Part shown: one piece after another, positions 50,627 through 61,500 of the stretch
Position numbering within the stretch: the stretch's first letter is position 1
How the letters are laid out: each line of letters opens with the position of its first letter
Assembly: GCA_035552315.1 (NCBI GenBank)
Contig: DASZLO010000103.1
Coordinates: forward strand, 4,255-68,254
Length of the DNA stretch: 64,000 nt
Direction of reading: 5' to 3'
Source: Bryobacteraceae bacterium
GTDB taxonomy: Bacteria > Acidobacteriota > Terriglobia > Bryobacterales > Bryobacteraceae
The notes under the pieces: generated by a model
Seen by the model: the letters and a program-made list of their open reading frames with translations, nothing else
What the model was told of the DNA's origin: nothing
The model's database searches: none
Translations under genes and position numbers: made by a program

Positions 50627-51100
50627 ATGTCCGCGAGAAAGGCGTCTGCGAGAAAGACGCCCGTCCCCCCTGCAATCGACCCGAAGCACGCCTGCTTCAA
50701 ACTGGAAGTCAGACCCTCGAAGATTCATCGATGGGGCGTGTACGCTCTCGAAAACATTCCGGCGCGCCGCAAGGTGATCGAGTATATGGGCGAGCGGATC
50801 AACCGCAAAGAGACCAAGCGACGCAGCGACGAACAGTCCCGTATGCTTTACCTGTTCACGCTGGACAATTACTGGACGCTGGACGGCTCAGTGGGCGGCA
50901 GCGGCGCCGAATACATCAACCACTGCTGCGACCCGAATATTGTGACGCTGGTGCGTCAGGGCCACATCCTCTATATGAGCAAGCGCGCGATCCGCAAAGG
51001 CGAAGAGCTCACCGTCGATTATCACTTTGCGAAGAATGTGGAAAAAGTACCCTGCCGCTGCGGCGCCGATACCTGCCGCGGCACCATCAACCTGAAATAA
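50627..51100 (+). CDS. SET-domain protein (putative protein-lysine methyltransferase)
   Basis: 157 aa. SET motifs RWGVYALENIPARRKVIEYMGE, EYINHCCDPN and GEELTVDYHF, plus the post-SET cysteine cluster CRCGADTCRG. Confidence 0.88.
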   Translation: MSARKASARKTPVPPAIDPKHACFKLEVRPSKIHRWGVYALENIPARRKVIEYMGERINRKETKRRSDEQSRMLYLFTLDNYWTLDGSVGGSGAEYINHCCDPNIVTLVRQGHILYMSKRAIRKGEELTVDYHFAKNVEKVPCRCGADTCRGTINLK

Positions 51101-51162
51101 CTGAAATTCTGCTGAGAGGTTTTCGATCGTTTTGGCACTACCCCTCCAGAGTGCCAGTGATA

Positions 51163-51828
51163 ATGAACGATTCCATCATCAGATCAGTATTGGTTTGCGA
51201 TACCCAACCCGTTGCCGTCGAGGGCGTTCGGGGAGTGCTTGCCCGTTCTTCCGGGCTTCGCTACGCGGGCGCCGTCTGCACCCTTGAGGCTGCCTGGGAA
51301 CTTACCCGAAGCACTGGACCCGCCGCTGTCGTTATCGACAAAGCGCTGGGCACCGCTTCCATCATCGAATGGCTGCAGAGAATGACGGAATCCGCTACGG
51401 CATCCCGCACGGGCGTAACAGCGCCCGTCGTCTGGGGAACGGGCATCACCGAATCCGAAGCTCTGCGATTCCTGCAGGCCGGCGCGCGCGGAGTTCTGCG
51501 CCGCACCTCCGATCCGGAAACCCTTCTTACCTGTCTCCTCGCCGTAACCTCCGGTGTCGCGTGGATGGAAGACGGCATCTTCGGCGAAACCGAAAAGCAT
51601 CTGCAGCCCGGCCGTTCCCGGCTCACCCCGCGCGAGCACGAAGTCGCCGGACTGGTCGAGCAGGGCCTGCGCAATCGCGATATTGCCGAGAATCTGGGAA
51701 TCCGCACCGGCACGGTAAAGATTCACCTGAAGCACATTTTCGAAAAGACCGGCGTGCGCGGACGCTACGGTCTGGCTCTGAACGGATTGCGCGAAAAGGG
51801 CGCGATCTCAGTTTCTGCCCTGAACTAA
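51163..51828 (+). CDS. LuxR/NarL-family response regulator (atypical receiver)
   Basis: Distal in-frame part of track ORF 50470..51828; start at ATG 51163 (MNDSIIRSVLVCDTQPV). C-terminal HTH LTPREHEVAGLVEQGLRNRDIAENLGIRTGTVKIHLKHIFEKTGV. Confidence 0.8.
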   Translation: MNDSIIRSVLVCDTQPVAVEGVRGVLARSSGLRYAGAVCTLEAAWELTRSTGPAAVVIDKALGTASIIEWLQRMTESATASRTGVTAPVVWGTGITESEALRFLQAGARGVLRRTSDPETLLTCLLAVTSGVAWMEDGIFGETEKHLQPGRSRLTPREHEVAGLVEQGLRNRDIAENLGIRTGTVKIHLKHIFEKTGVRGRYGLALNGLREKGAISVSALN

Positions 51829-51829
51829 G

Positions 51830-52915
51830 TCACCAGGCCCGTTGATACTGCACGGGTGCTGCCTGCTCGGCGCCCAACGCCTTCGCCGCGCGCAGAGCCC
51901 AGTAAGGATCGCGCAGGAACTCCCGCGCGATTAAGACCAGATCGGACTGGCCGCTGCGCACGATGGCGTCGGCCTGCGCCGGCTCGGTGATCATGCCGAC
52001 CGCGCCCGTCAGAATCCCGGCTTCCCTGCGGATTTGCTCGGCAAACGGCACCTGAAATCCCGGTCCCACCGGTATTCTGGCCCACGGAACCATGGCGCCC
52101 GAGGAGCAATCGATTAAATCCACACCCTCCGTTTTGGCTCGCCGCGCCAGTTCCACCGAATCGTCAATCGTCCACCCGCCTTCCGCCCAGTCGGTCGAGG
52201 AGATTCGCAGGAACAACGGGAGCGAATCCGGCCACACCGCGCGTACGGCCCGCATCGTTTCCACGGGAAACCGGATGCGGTTTTCGAAATCCCCGCCGTA
52301 TTGATCGGTCCGGCGATTGGCCAGCGGCGAAAGGAATTCGTGGAGCAGGTATCCATGGGCGTCGTGGATTTCCAGCACCTGAAATCCCGCCTCGAGCGCC
52401 CGCTTTGCGGCCTTCTGGAAAGCCTCCGTCAGCCCGTGAATTTCGGCAATGCTCAGTTCCGCCGGCGGGGCATCCGTTTCCTTGAAAGGCACCGGGCTGG
52501 GCGCGACGGGCTTCCAGCCGCCGTTTTCCGCTCCAACGGTTGCTCCGCCCAGCCACGGGGCTGCCGTGCTGGCTTTACGGCCCGCATGGGCGATCTGTAT
52601 TCCGGGCGCGGAGCCCTGGGCCTCGATAAATGCCGCCGCCCGCGCCAGGGGAGCGATATGTTCGTCTTTCCAGATGCCCAGATCTCCGGGAGAAATGCGT
52701 CCGCGCGCTTCCACCGCTGTCGCTTCCACAATCACCAGACCGGCGCCGCCCACCGCGCGGCTGCCCAGATGGACCAGATGCCAGTCGGTGGCGAATCCGT
52801 CTTCGCACGAATACTGGCACATGGGAGAGACGCCGATCCGGTTGCGAAGCATGATTCCGCGAATTTTCAGAGGCGAAAAAAGATGAGGACCGGCGTCGGA
52901 AGAAGAAGATGACAT
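51830..52915 (-). CDS. NADH:flavin oxidoreductase (Old Yellow Enzyme, YqjM-like)
   Basis: 361 aa. N-terminal motif LRNRIGVSPMCQYS. TIM-barrel OYE pattern …EIHDAHGYLLHEFLSPLANRRTDQYGG…. Confidence 0.88.
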   Translation of the reverse strand: MSSSSSDAGPHLFSPLKIRGIMLRNRIGVSPMCQYSCEDGFATDWHLVHLGSRAVGGAGLVIVEATAVEARGRISPGDLGIWKDEHIAPLARAAAFIEAQGSAPGIQIAHAGRKASTAAPWLGGATVGAENGGWKPVAPSPVPFKETDAPPAELSIAEIHGLTEAFQKAAKRALEAGFQVLEIHDAHGYLLHEFLSPLANRRTDQYGGDFENRIRFPVETMRAVRAVWPDSLPLFLRISSTDWAEGGWTIDDSVELARRAKTEGVDLIDCSSGAMVPWARIPVGPGFQVPFAEQIRREAGILTGAVGMITEPAQADAIVRSGQSDLVLIAREFLRDPYWALRAAKALGAEQAAPVQYQRAW

Positions 52916-52949
52916 GCGAACTCGATTGTACCCGTGCTAGTTTGAGCGA

Positions 52950-55517
52950 GTGTGGCTTCGTTTTTTCGAATGCGCGGTCTGCCTGATTGGCACAGTAACG
53001 CTGGCCTCTGCCGCCAGCTTGCCTGAGGAAGGAGTTTCGCGCGATCTGGCCCGTGACCGCGCGCACCTGATCTCGAATGTCCGCTACGCCCTCAAAATCG
53101 AGCTGAAGAAACAAGCGGCGACCATGCCCGGCCACGTGACGATCCAGTTCGATCTCACGACTCCAGGGCCGCTGGTGCTCGATTTCCGCGACGGCACGGC
53201 GCGCAATCTCAAAGTCAACGGCTTCGATCAAACGTTCGGCCAGAGAGCCGGACACATTATGATTCCCGGCGCCCACACTAAAGCGGGGGCCAACCAGTTC
53301 GACCTCGACTTCGAATCCGGCATCGCCACCGCCAACCGCGCCATCACCCGTTTTATGGATACCCAGGACGGCGGCGAGTATCTCTACACGCTTTTCGTCC
53401 CTATGGATGCCAGCCAGGCCTTCCCCTGTTTCGACCAGCCGGATCTGAAAGCGCGCTTCACCCTGGACGTAACGGCCCCGCCCGACTGGACGGTCGTTTC
53501 CAACTCCCCGGGCAACGGACCCCATTTCGAACAAACGAAGCCAATCAGCACCTATTTGTTCGCCTTTGCCGCCGGTCCCTTCGAGAAGCTGACCGTGCCG
53601 GTGAATGGCATCCCGCTCAGGCTGTTTGTGCGCCATTCCCAAGCCGCGCGCGGACGCGAAGAATGGCCCCGCGTAGCCGCCACAACCGAGCAGGGCATGG
53701 CCCGTATGACCGCCTACTTCGCGCAGCCATACCCGTTTCCCAAGTACGATCAGGTGCTGATTCCCGGCTTCCCCTACGGCGGTATGGAGCACGCCGGCGC
53801 AACCTTCCTCAACGAAGACAGCATTCTTTTCCGCACCGTACCGACGGCCAACGATTACAACCGCCGCGCCATCACTGTCCTGCACGAACTCGCCCACCAG
53901 TGGTTCGGCGATCTGGTGACGATGCGATGGTTCGACGACCTCTGGTTAAAAGAAGGCTTCGCGCAGTTCATGGCTTATCACACGCAGGCCGAAATGGAGC
54001 CGCCCGCGCCGGTCTGGAAGCGATTCTATGAATCGATTAAGCCCGCTGCCTACCAGATCGACGGCACCCACGGCGCAACCCCCATCTACCAGCAGATCCT
54101 GAATTTGAAGGACGCCAAATCCGCCTACGGCGCCATCGTTTATGAAAAAGCGCCCAGCCTGCTGCGCCTTCTTTCGTTCAACATCGGCGAACAGAACTTT
54201 CGCGACGGCATTCGCATTTACCTGCGCGAACACGCTTACGCCAACGCGGAATGGAGCGATCTGATCGGCGCATTCTCTCGCGCATCGAAGACGAACCTGA
54301 CCCCTTGGGCCGACGCGTGGGTCAAGCAACGCGGCATGCCCCAGGTTGAAGTGAACTGGGCGTGTTCCGGCGATCGTATATCTTCGTTCCGGATCAGCCA
54401 GCGGGACACCCTGGGCGAAGGGCATCTCTGGCCGGTACAAACGCAGATCCTGCTGGCTTACACCAACGCCGCTCCGGTGCATTTGATGGCATCGTTCAGC
54501 GGCACCGGCGCGGCAGTCCCGGAAGCCGTCGGCAAGAGTTGTCCTGCGTACGTCTTCGGCAACGACGAAGACCATGCCTACGGCCGCTTTCTGCTGGACC
54601 CGAAAAGCCAGCGCGCGGTCACGGAAGAACTGCCGCGAATTCCCGATCCCTTCCTGCGCGCGCTGCTCTGGGGCGCGCTGTGGGACAACATGCGCGAAGT
54701 ACGCATACCTCCCGCCGAATATGCCGATCTGACTTTGCGCACGCTTCCCTCCGAAAAAGACGCCGAATCGGCGGTGACGTTGCTGGGCCGCTTTCGCGAA
54801 ACCTTTACCCGCTACCTCTCCGGCCCGGCTCGCGATGCCATCGCGGACAGAGTGGAATCTCTGCTGATCCAGCAGTTGCACGATGCGCCCACGGCGGACT
54901 TGCGGATCACTTATTACCGCAGTCTCATCAGCCTCGCAACGAAAGCGCGCGGCCGGGACGCCCTCAAGGAGTTGCTGGCAGGCCGGATGACAATCCCCGG
55001 TGTGCCCCTGAAACAACGGGACCGCTGGAACATCATAGCGTCGCTGGTCGCAAACAAGGACGCCTCCGGTCCGGAACTCCTCGCCGCCGAAAGCCGCCAC
55101 GACACCACGGACGAGGGCCGCAAATATACTTTTGTTTCCGGCGCGGGACTGCCCGAAGCCGCGAACAAGCAGAAATACTTCGCCGACTATCTGAGCAACA
55201 AATCGATTCAGGAAGACTGGGTCACCGCCAGCCTTTCGGACTTCAATCACTGGAACCAGACAGATCTGACGGAGCCTTATCTGAAGCCCGCGCTGGAGGC
55301 ACTTCCGCAGATGAAGCGCGAGCGGAAGATCTTCTTCGTGACGAATTGGCTGGCGAGCTTCGTGGACAATCAGAACTCGCCCGCGGCTCTGAAAGCCGTG
55401 GATGATTTTGTAGCCGAAAATCGCGCCGATCCCGACCTGAAGCTGAAGATCCTCGAAGTACGCGACGAACTGGCGCGAACGGTTCGCATCCGCGCCGGCG
55501 CCGGCCTGCCGCGGTAG
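52950..55517 (+). CDS. M1-family aminopeptidase (aminopeptidase N-like)
   Basis: 855 aa with GTG start. Exopeptidase motif YGGMEHAG (GxMEN-like). Zinc motif HELAHQWFGDLVTMRWFDDLWLKEGFA (HExxH-x18-E). Confidence 0.9.
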   Translation: MWLRFFECAVCLIGTVTLASAASLPEEGVSRDLARDRAHLISNVRYALKIELKKQAATMPGHVTIQFDLTTPGPLVLDFRDGTARNLKVNGFDQTFGQRAGHIMIPGAHTKAGANQFDLDFESGIATANRAITRFMDTQDGGEYLYTLFVPMDASQAFPCFDQPDLKARFTLDVTAPPDWTVVSNSPGNGPHFEQTKPISTYLFAFAAGPFEKLTVPVNGIPLRLFVRHSQAARGREEWPRVAATTEQGMARMTAYFAQPYPFPKYDQVLIPGFPYGGMEHAGATFLNEDSILFRTVPTANDYNRRAITVLHELAHQWFGDLVTMRWFDDLWLKEGFAQFMAYHTQAEMEPPAPVWKRFYESIKPAAYQIDGTHGATPIYQQILNLKDAKSAYGAIVYEKAPSLLRLLSFNIGEQNFRDGIRIYLREHAYANAEWSDLIGAFSRASKTNLTPWADAWVKQRGMPQVEVNWACSGDRISSFRISQRDTLGEGHLWPVQTQILLAYTNAAPVHLMASFSGTGAAVPEAVGKSCPAYVFGNDEDHAYGRFLLDPKSQRAVTEELPRIPDPFLRALLWGALWDNMREVRIPPAEYADLTLRTLPSEKDAESAVTLLGRFRETFTRYLSGPARDAIADRVESLLIQQLHDAPTADLRITYYRSLISLATKARGRDALKELLAGRMTIPGVPLKQRDRWNIIASLVANKDASGPELLAAESRHDTTDEGRKYTFVSGAGLPEAANKQKYFADYLSNKSIQEDWVTASLSDFNHWNQTDLTEPYLKPALEALPQMKRERKIFFVTNWLASFVDNQNSPAALKAVDDFVAENRADPDLKLKILEVRDELARTVRIRAGAGLPR

Positions 55518-55529
55518 CTGGTTGTGGAG

Positions 55530-58500
55530 CTAATTGTGGACCGGCAGAACGGTTGAGTTACTTGTTTGCCCGTTTTGCGACACCACCAGCGACAGATCCC
55601 TGTTGGGGGTTCCGGCCGGAATCTGGAAGTTCATCTGGTACAGCCCGACGTAGCCCGGCGTAAGCCCCGCGAAATAAATCGGGATACTTATTCCGTTCAA
55701 CGTCAGGGTGGGGACAGTCAGCGGTTTGCCCAGCGGATCGGAAGGCGATGCCGCGCCATCCGCTACAACAGCATTCGTCAGCCCCATGCCGGAAAGGTAG
55801 ATCACCACGTATTCGCCGGGAGCGGCCGGCGAGGACTCCGTCACGAGCGAGTAATCCGCATGCTGCGCGATCACCGCGCCATTCCCGTAAGCCGCGATCC
55901 CGGGCGAGACCGGCGCGGTCGCGATCGTCCCCGGAGTCGATTGGCCGCCGCCCGATGCCACTACAACCTGATACCTTCCGGACTTCGTCAGCTCAACCGG
56001 AATTTGCGCGTCGATCTGATTCGGGCCCGCATAGTAGAGCGGCGCGGGATAACCGCCAATGGTCACCGAGGCGCCGCCCAGCGACAGCGGCAGCGGAACC
56101 GTCGTTGCCGGACTGCTTTGCGCGGCAAGGTTGGACCCGTAGATCTCCACGATCGTGCCGGGGCTCAGCGCCGCACCCACTACGGAGTCGAAGACATGCA
56201 CCGTCCCGCCTTCCGTAAGGGTGGGAATCGAAGAGCCGGTGACCTCGCCGGTCACCTGCGTGGCGGCTGCGGTAAGTCCGGGGGCGGTTGCGCGTGCGGA
56301 AACCGCTGCTTGCGATGCTGCGTTCAGCGGCGTCCAGGTACCCCAGTAGATACCGGTTGACCCAACCTGCGTCAGCGTCAGCGATGGATCGCCGTTCGAG
56401 AAATCCACCCCCGCCTGCGCATTGAGCACGGGCGCTCCGCAATCGTCGAACAGGTAAAGCGAGAGAGGTACGGGCAATCCCGTGCTTTGGGCAAAGTTGT
56501 TCACCAGCGAAACCTGCGTGGCTACCAGACTGGTGGGCGAACAAGCCGGGCCCGAGGGTAACGAGGTCAAAGACGAAGCCGCCTTGCCCCCCGCCTGCGT
56601 TCCAGGCGCCGCTACGATCAGCGTGACATTCACCGTTCGAACCCCCGCACTCGAGAACGCATAGCTCAACTCGCCCCGGTAAACGCCAGGCGCAAGCGCT
56701 GCGGGGTTTACCGAAACAATCGACTGCGCCGCCGCTGCCGCCGCCGTGTTTCCGCTCCCGGGATTGACCGACAGCCAGCCTGTTCCGTCGCTGGTGCTCA
56801 CCGACGCCTGATAAGGAATCGCGGCCGCCGATCCCGCGAGAATTTGCACGGTTTGCGGCGGGACGGTCGCGGCCCCGTTCGAAACAAACACCAGTCCGGC
56901 CGGCTCGGGATCGGGGCTGATGCCGCTGCTCGCGGCCGCGATGTCCAGAACAACTTCGAAATCCTGCGGCGAATTGACAATGTCGGGCGATGTGACGCGA
57001 ATGGTTCCGTACCAGGTTTGTGCGCTGAGCGCCGCCACCGCGACGGGATCGATCGCGAAACTCACGTTTCCAGGTATCGCGCCGGAAGCCGCGCCGGACG
57101 CGGTGGACACGCTGAGCCAGTTAGCGCCCGGCAAGACCGATGCGCTCCAGTTGACCGTTGACGTGCCCGAAACACTCAGCACGAAGGAACCGCTGGTGCT
57201 GCCGGGGGCATTGCCCGCCTGCGTATGCATCTGCGTGCCTGCGGGATTCATGCTCATGGTCAGATCCTGCGCGATCAGCAATCCGACCGGAATGTTCGCC
57301 GATCCGGCTGAAGATGCGACCGTGACGTTCGTCAGGTAATATCCCGCCGCCAATCCGGCCGGATTCGCCGTGACGGTGATCTGGTGTGGCGGACCTGCCG
57401 CCAGCGAAGCGGGTACCCCGCTGATTGTGGCCCAACCGTCGGCAGCCGTGATGGAGCTGAGTGTGAGCGTTCCACCCCCTGCATTTGTTATCCCGAACGA
57501 ACCGGAAACGGAAGCGGAACCGGTTGTAGAAAGCGAGAGCAGTCCGCCGGTGATCGACAATTCAGGTGGCGGCGCGGTGACGTTGAGCGAAACAGCGATC
57601 GACTGCGCGCTTCCGGCACACGGGCTGGGCGCGACGCAGGTAACGATGACCGAGGTCTTATAGGGCGTTGCGGACGCGGCCAGCGAAAGCGCCTGCGGGT
57701 CAAGCGCAATCTTTAGGCTGCCCGGGGTTACGGTACCACTGGCAATGTCCAGCCAGCCAACCGTGGGACTCACCGTCACGGAATAATTGAGCGGCTCGCT
57801 CACGAGGCTCGATTGCACCGTGGTGCTCGATGCGGGCGGCAACCCCGACGCGCCTGCCGTCAGCGCGAACGAGAGAGCTGCTGAAGAAAGAATCAAGTCC
57901 GCCTGCGACGGCTTCACGACAATTTCCAGCGGGGCCGCCATGGTCGCGGGCGGCGTCGACGAATCCGTCACGTTCACCGCGAAATCGAAAGTGCCCGACT
58001 GCGTTGGCCTGCCTGCGATCTCTCCGGCGGCCAGCGCGATGCCCGCGGGCAGAGAGCCGCTGCCGTTTGAGAAAGTATACGGCGCAGTTCCGCCGCTGGC
58101 CGACAGGATCTGCACCGGGTAGTCCGAGCCCTCAATGCCATTCGGCAGGCTGGTGTTCAATTGAAGCGGGGTCGCCGTAATCGTGATCGAAACGGTTGCC
58201 GAAGAGGTGGCGGCGGAAGTGTCCGTCACCGTCGCGGTGAACGAAAAAGTTTTCGTTTTCGACGGGGTTCCTGAAATGGTGCCTGACGGCGTAACGGTGA
58301 GGCCGTCCGGCAGTCCGCCGCCGGGCACTGTCCAGGTATAAGGAGGCGTACCGCCTGTGGCTGTCAGGGTTGCCGAGTAGGGCGTCGCGATCATACCGTT
58401 CGGCAATGGGCCCTTGCTTACGCCCAGCGCCGCCGCGGCGCCGACAACAATCGCGAAAGCTGACGATGCGGCGAAATTGTTCGCATCCTTCACAGTCACT

Positions 58501-61500
58501 TTCACGCTGTAGGAACCCGCCGTCCTGGCGAGCCCGCTGAGGGCTCCGGCATCGCTCAAGGTCAGACCTGCAGGCAACCCGGTCGCCGAGAATTTGTATG
58601 GCCCGGTGCCACCCGCGGCGCTGAAACTCTGCGAGTAGGCCTTTGAAGGCGAGGCGTTCGGAATCGGCGAAGATGTCGTGATCCCGAGCACCGCAAGTGT
58701 CACGGACAACGGCGCAGCGGAGACTTTGTTGCTGTCGTTGAGCTGGATTGAGAACGTAAAATTCCCGGCCTGAACGGGTGTTCCTGTGAGAGCCCCGGTG
58801 CTCGCATCGATGGCAAGTCCCGACGGAAGTGTCGCGGCGGACCACGTATACGGAGGCTGTCCGCCCGATCCCCGGAAAGTGACGGAGACGGCGCTCCCCA
58901 AAGCGATTTCAGCAAGCGTCGAAGAGCTGGTAATCGCCGGCTTCGCCGTAACGGTCATTGTGTACGTGGCCGATACAACGCCGAAACCGCCTAAACCGAG
59001 GACGTTGATGACGACTTCGGGAAATACGCCAGCGGCCAGCGGCGTCCCGCTGATTTTCCCTTCGGACGATATGGAGAATCCGTCGGGGAGGCTGTCGCTG
59101 CTCCAGGAATAGCTGCCCGATCCTCCTTTGGCCGTCATGGAGAACGCTGCAAACGGCACGCCGGTCACGCCAGCCGGTATGGCCGTGGTTGTGATGGAGA
59201 GGGGACTTGGCGGAGGTGGCGGCGGAGATCCCGAAGAAACAACAGTGGCCGATGCGATCGTCAGTGTATACGCGCGCGACGCCGTCTGGGCCGGAGTTCC
59301 GGCGTCGGCCGCCGTGATCGTAAACGTGTAGGCATTCGCAGCCGAGGGCGTTCCGCTCAGCGTACAGGTCGCCGGATTCAAGGTAATCCTCGCGGGCAGC
59401 ACGCCCGCCGATACCGAGCATGTGTAGGGTGTGACGCCTCCGGCCGCAAGCGTGGCTGCATAAGCCGTCCCGGCAGTGCCGGCAGCCAGTGGTGAGGCCG
59501 CCAGCACCAGCGGCGTAACGGTTTTCAGCGTGATGCTTTGCGTCACGGTCCGCGGTGGAGAACTGCTGTCTGCTACCTGTACAACAAACGTATAAGTTCC
59601 CGCCGCCGCCGGCGTCCCCGTAATTGCGCCTGTCGAAGTGTTGATCGTCAGGCCGGGGGGCAGCGAGCCGTTCGAAATCGACCAGGTGTACGGTCCCGCG
59701 TTAACGGACACCGTGCAGGTCAGCGTGAACATGCTGCTTGTGAGAATCGAACTCGCAGTCGCGGGGCAAAGCACCGGCGCAGGGGCACCGGGCAGGACGT
59801 GCAGAGTACCGGCGCTGTCCAGACCCGCAATATCGGCGATGCCGTCGCCGTTGAAGTCACCCGCCACCAGAACGGAATATTGGTTCAAAGCCAACGGGTA
59901 ATTGACCGCGGACTGGAAGCTTCCGTCGCCATTTCCGATGAAGACACGCAGCACCAGGGCCGGTCCCCCCGCGCTTGCCGCATTGCTCGTGACCACATCG
60001 GGTATTCCGTCGCCGTTGAAATCCCCTGATGCAACGGAGAGGGAATCTCCGGGCGTGTAGCTTGCGGCATTCTGAAATGTGCCGTCACCGTTCCCGAGCA
60101 GCGTGGTCAGCGGCGTGCCCCCTTGATTGTTAACGGCCAGGTCCGCGACGCCGTCGCCATTCAGGTCCTGCACCGCGATCTGCGTTATCGTTCCGGTGCC
60201 GGCCACATAGCTCGTGAGGGGCAGAAAGTTGCCGTCTCCCTTGCCGAGGAGAATGTCAACGGACCCGGTCACATTGCTTCCCGCCAGGTCGGGTATGCCG
60301 TCGCCGTTGAAATCTCCAGCCGCGAGCACGCCCATCGCGCTCCCCACGAATGTCTGAACCGGCGTCTGGAAGCTTCCGTCGCCGTTTCCGATCAGCACGC
60401 TCACCATTCCCGCGCCGCTGGCGTTCGCCACCGCGAGGTCGATACGGCCGTCGCCGTTGAAATCCGCCGCTGCCATCGAGCCCGGACTAATCCCCGGATT
60501 GACCATGACCGGTGCCCGGAAAGTCCCGTCACCATTGCCCAGGATGATGCTCACGCCCGTCCCGGTGCCTGCCGCGATATCGGTCACTCCGTCCCCGTTG
60601 AAGTCACCGGTTACGAGGGTCAAAACGCCGGATCCCGCCGGATACTGCACCGGGTTCTGGAAAGTTCCGTCGCCTTTACCCAGGATCACCGTTACATTCG
60701 CCAGTGGCCCGGGAAAAACAAAATCCGTCTTGCCGTCGCCATTAAAATCTCCTGCCGCGGCGCTGCTGCCACTGGTCTTCACCGAGGTTGTGATCTCGTT
60801 CTGAAAACCATTCCCGGCCTTTGCGATCACCGTCTGGGCGCGCGTGGCGGAAACGCTGGGCGCCAGCGTGGCGCTGCCGCTGTAGATAGCCTTCAGCGAT
60901 CGGGCGCCGGACATGAGCTGGCTGGTGGCGAAGATCGCCTGGCCGTTGTTCACCGGCCTGACGCCCAGCACGGTGACGCCGTCATAGAAGGTTACTTTGC
61001 CCGTAGCGCTGGACGGAACCACGGTGGCCGTGAAACTGGCCGGGTGGCCGAGCAGCGGTGGCGGCGCTGGCCCCGCGAGCGAGATGCCGGAGCTCCCTCG
61101 GATCGTCAACGACAGGGACACCGCGGGCGAGACCACGCCTGCGTCGTCTGTCAGCGCGACACTGAAGTTGTAAATTCCCGCGGAGGATGGGGACGGAGTG
61201 CCGCTAATACTTCCAGTGAATCCGGCGAGCACCAGTCCAGCCGGCAGACTGCCGGATACCAGCGTCCAGACGTTATAAGGCAGTACGCCGCCGCTGGCCG
61301 ACAAAGTCGCGAAGTACGGTGCGGAGACCAGGCCTGGCGGCAGCACGGTACCGATGACGATGGGCGTATCGATGGCGAAGGGCAGGGAATTCGACAGCGT
61401 GCCGTCGGGCTCGGCGACTGCGATTTGCGCCGTTCCGGGACCTATGAAGAGACTGGCGGGAATGGTGACGGCGAGCTGTCCGGGCTGAATCAGCGTGGGC

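Noticed and set aside
50470-51162. 5' two-thirds of the 452-aa ORF 50470..51828
   Set aside because: It overlaps the well-supported SET-domain gene in a different frame. Only the portion from ATG 51163 (receiver plus LuxR HTH) is credible.
52575-55250. 440-aa and 434-aa minus-strand ORFs (52575..53897 and 53946..55250) and the 347-aa plus-strand ORF 54362..55405
   Set aside because: They overlap the M1 aminopeptidase gene (HELAHQWFG…E motif) either on the opposite strand or out of frame. No motifs, and biased Arg/Gly/Ala composition.
59787-60809. Regularly spaced near-identical DNA segments (…GCCGTCGCCGTTGAAATC…) that could be mistaken for a repeat array or CRISPR
   Set aside because: They have a period of about 150 nt, lie inside an intact reading frame, and encode the seven FG-GAP (DFNGDG) blades. 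There are no unique spacers or cas genes.
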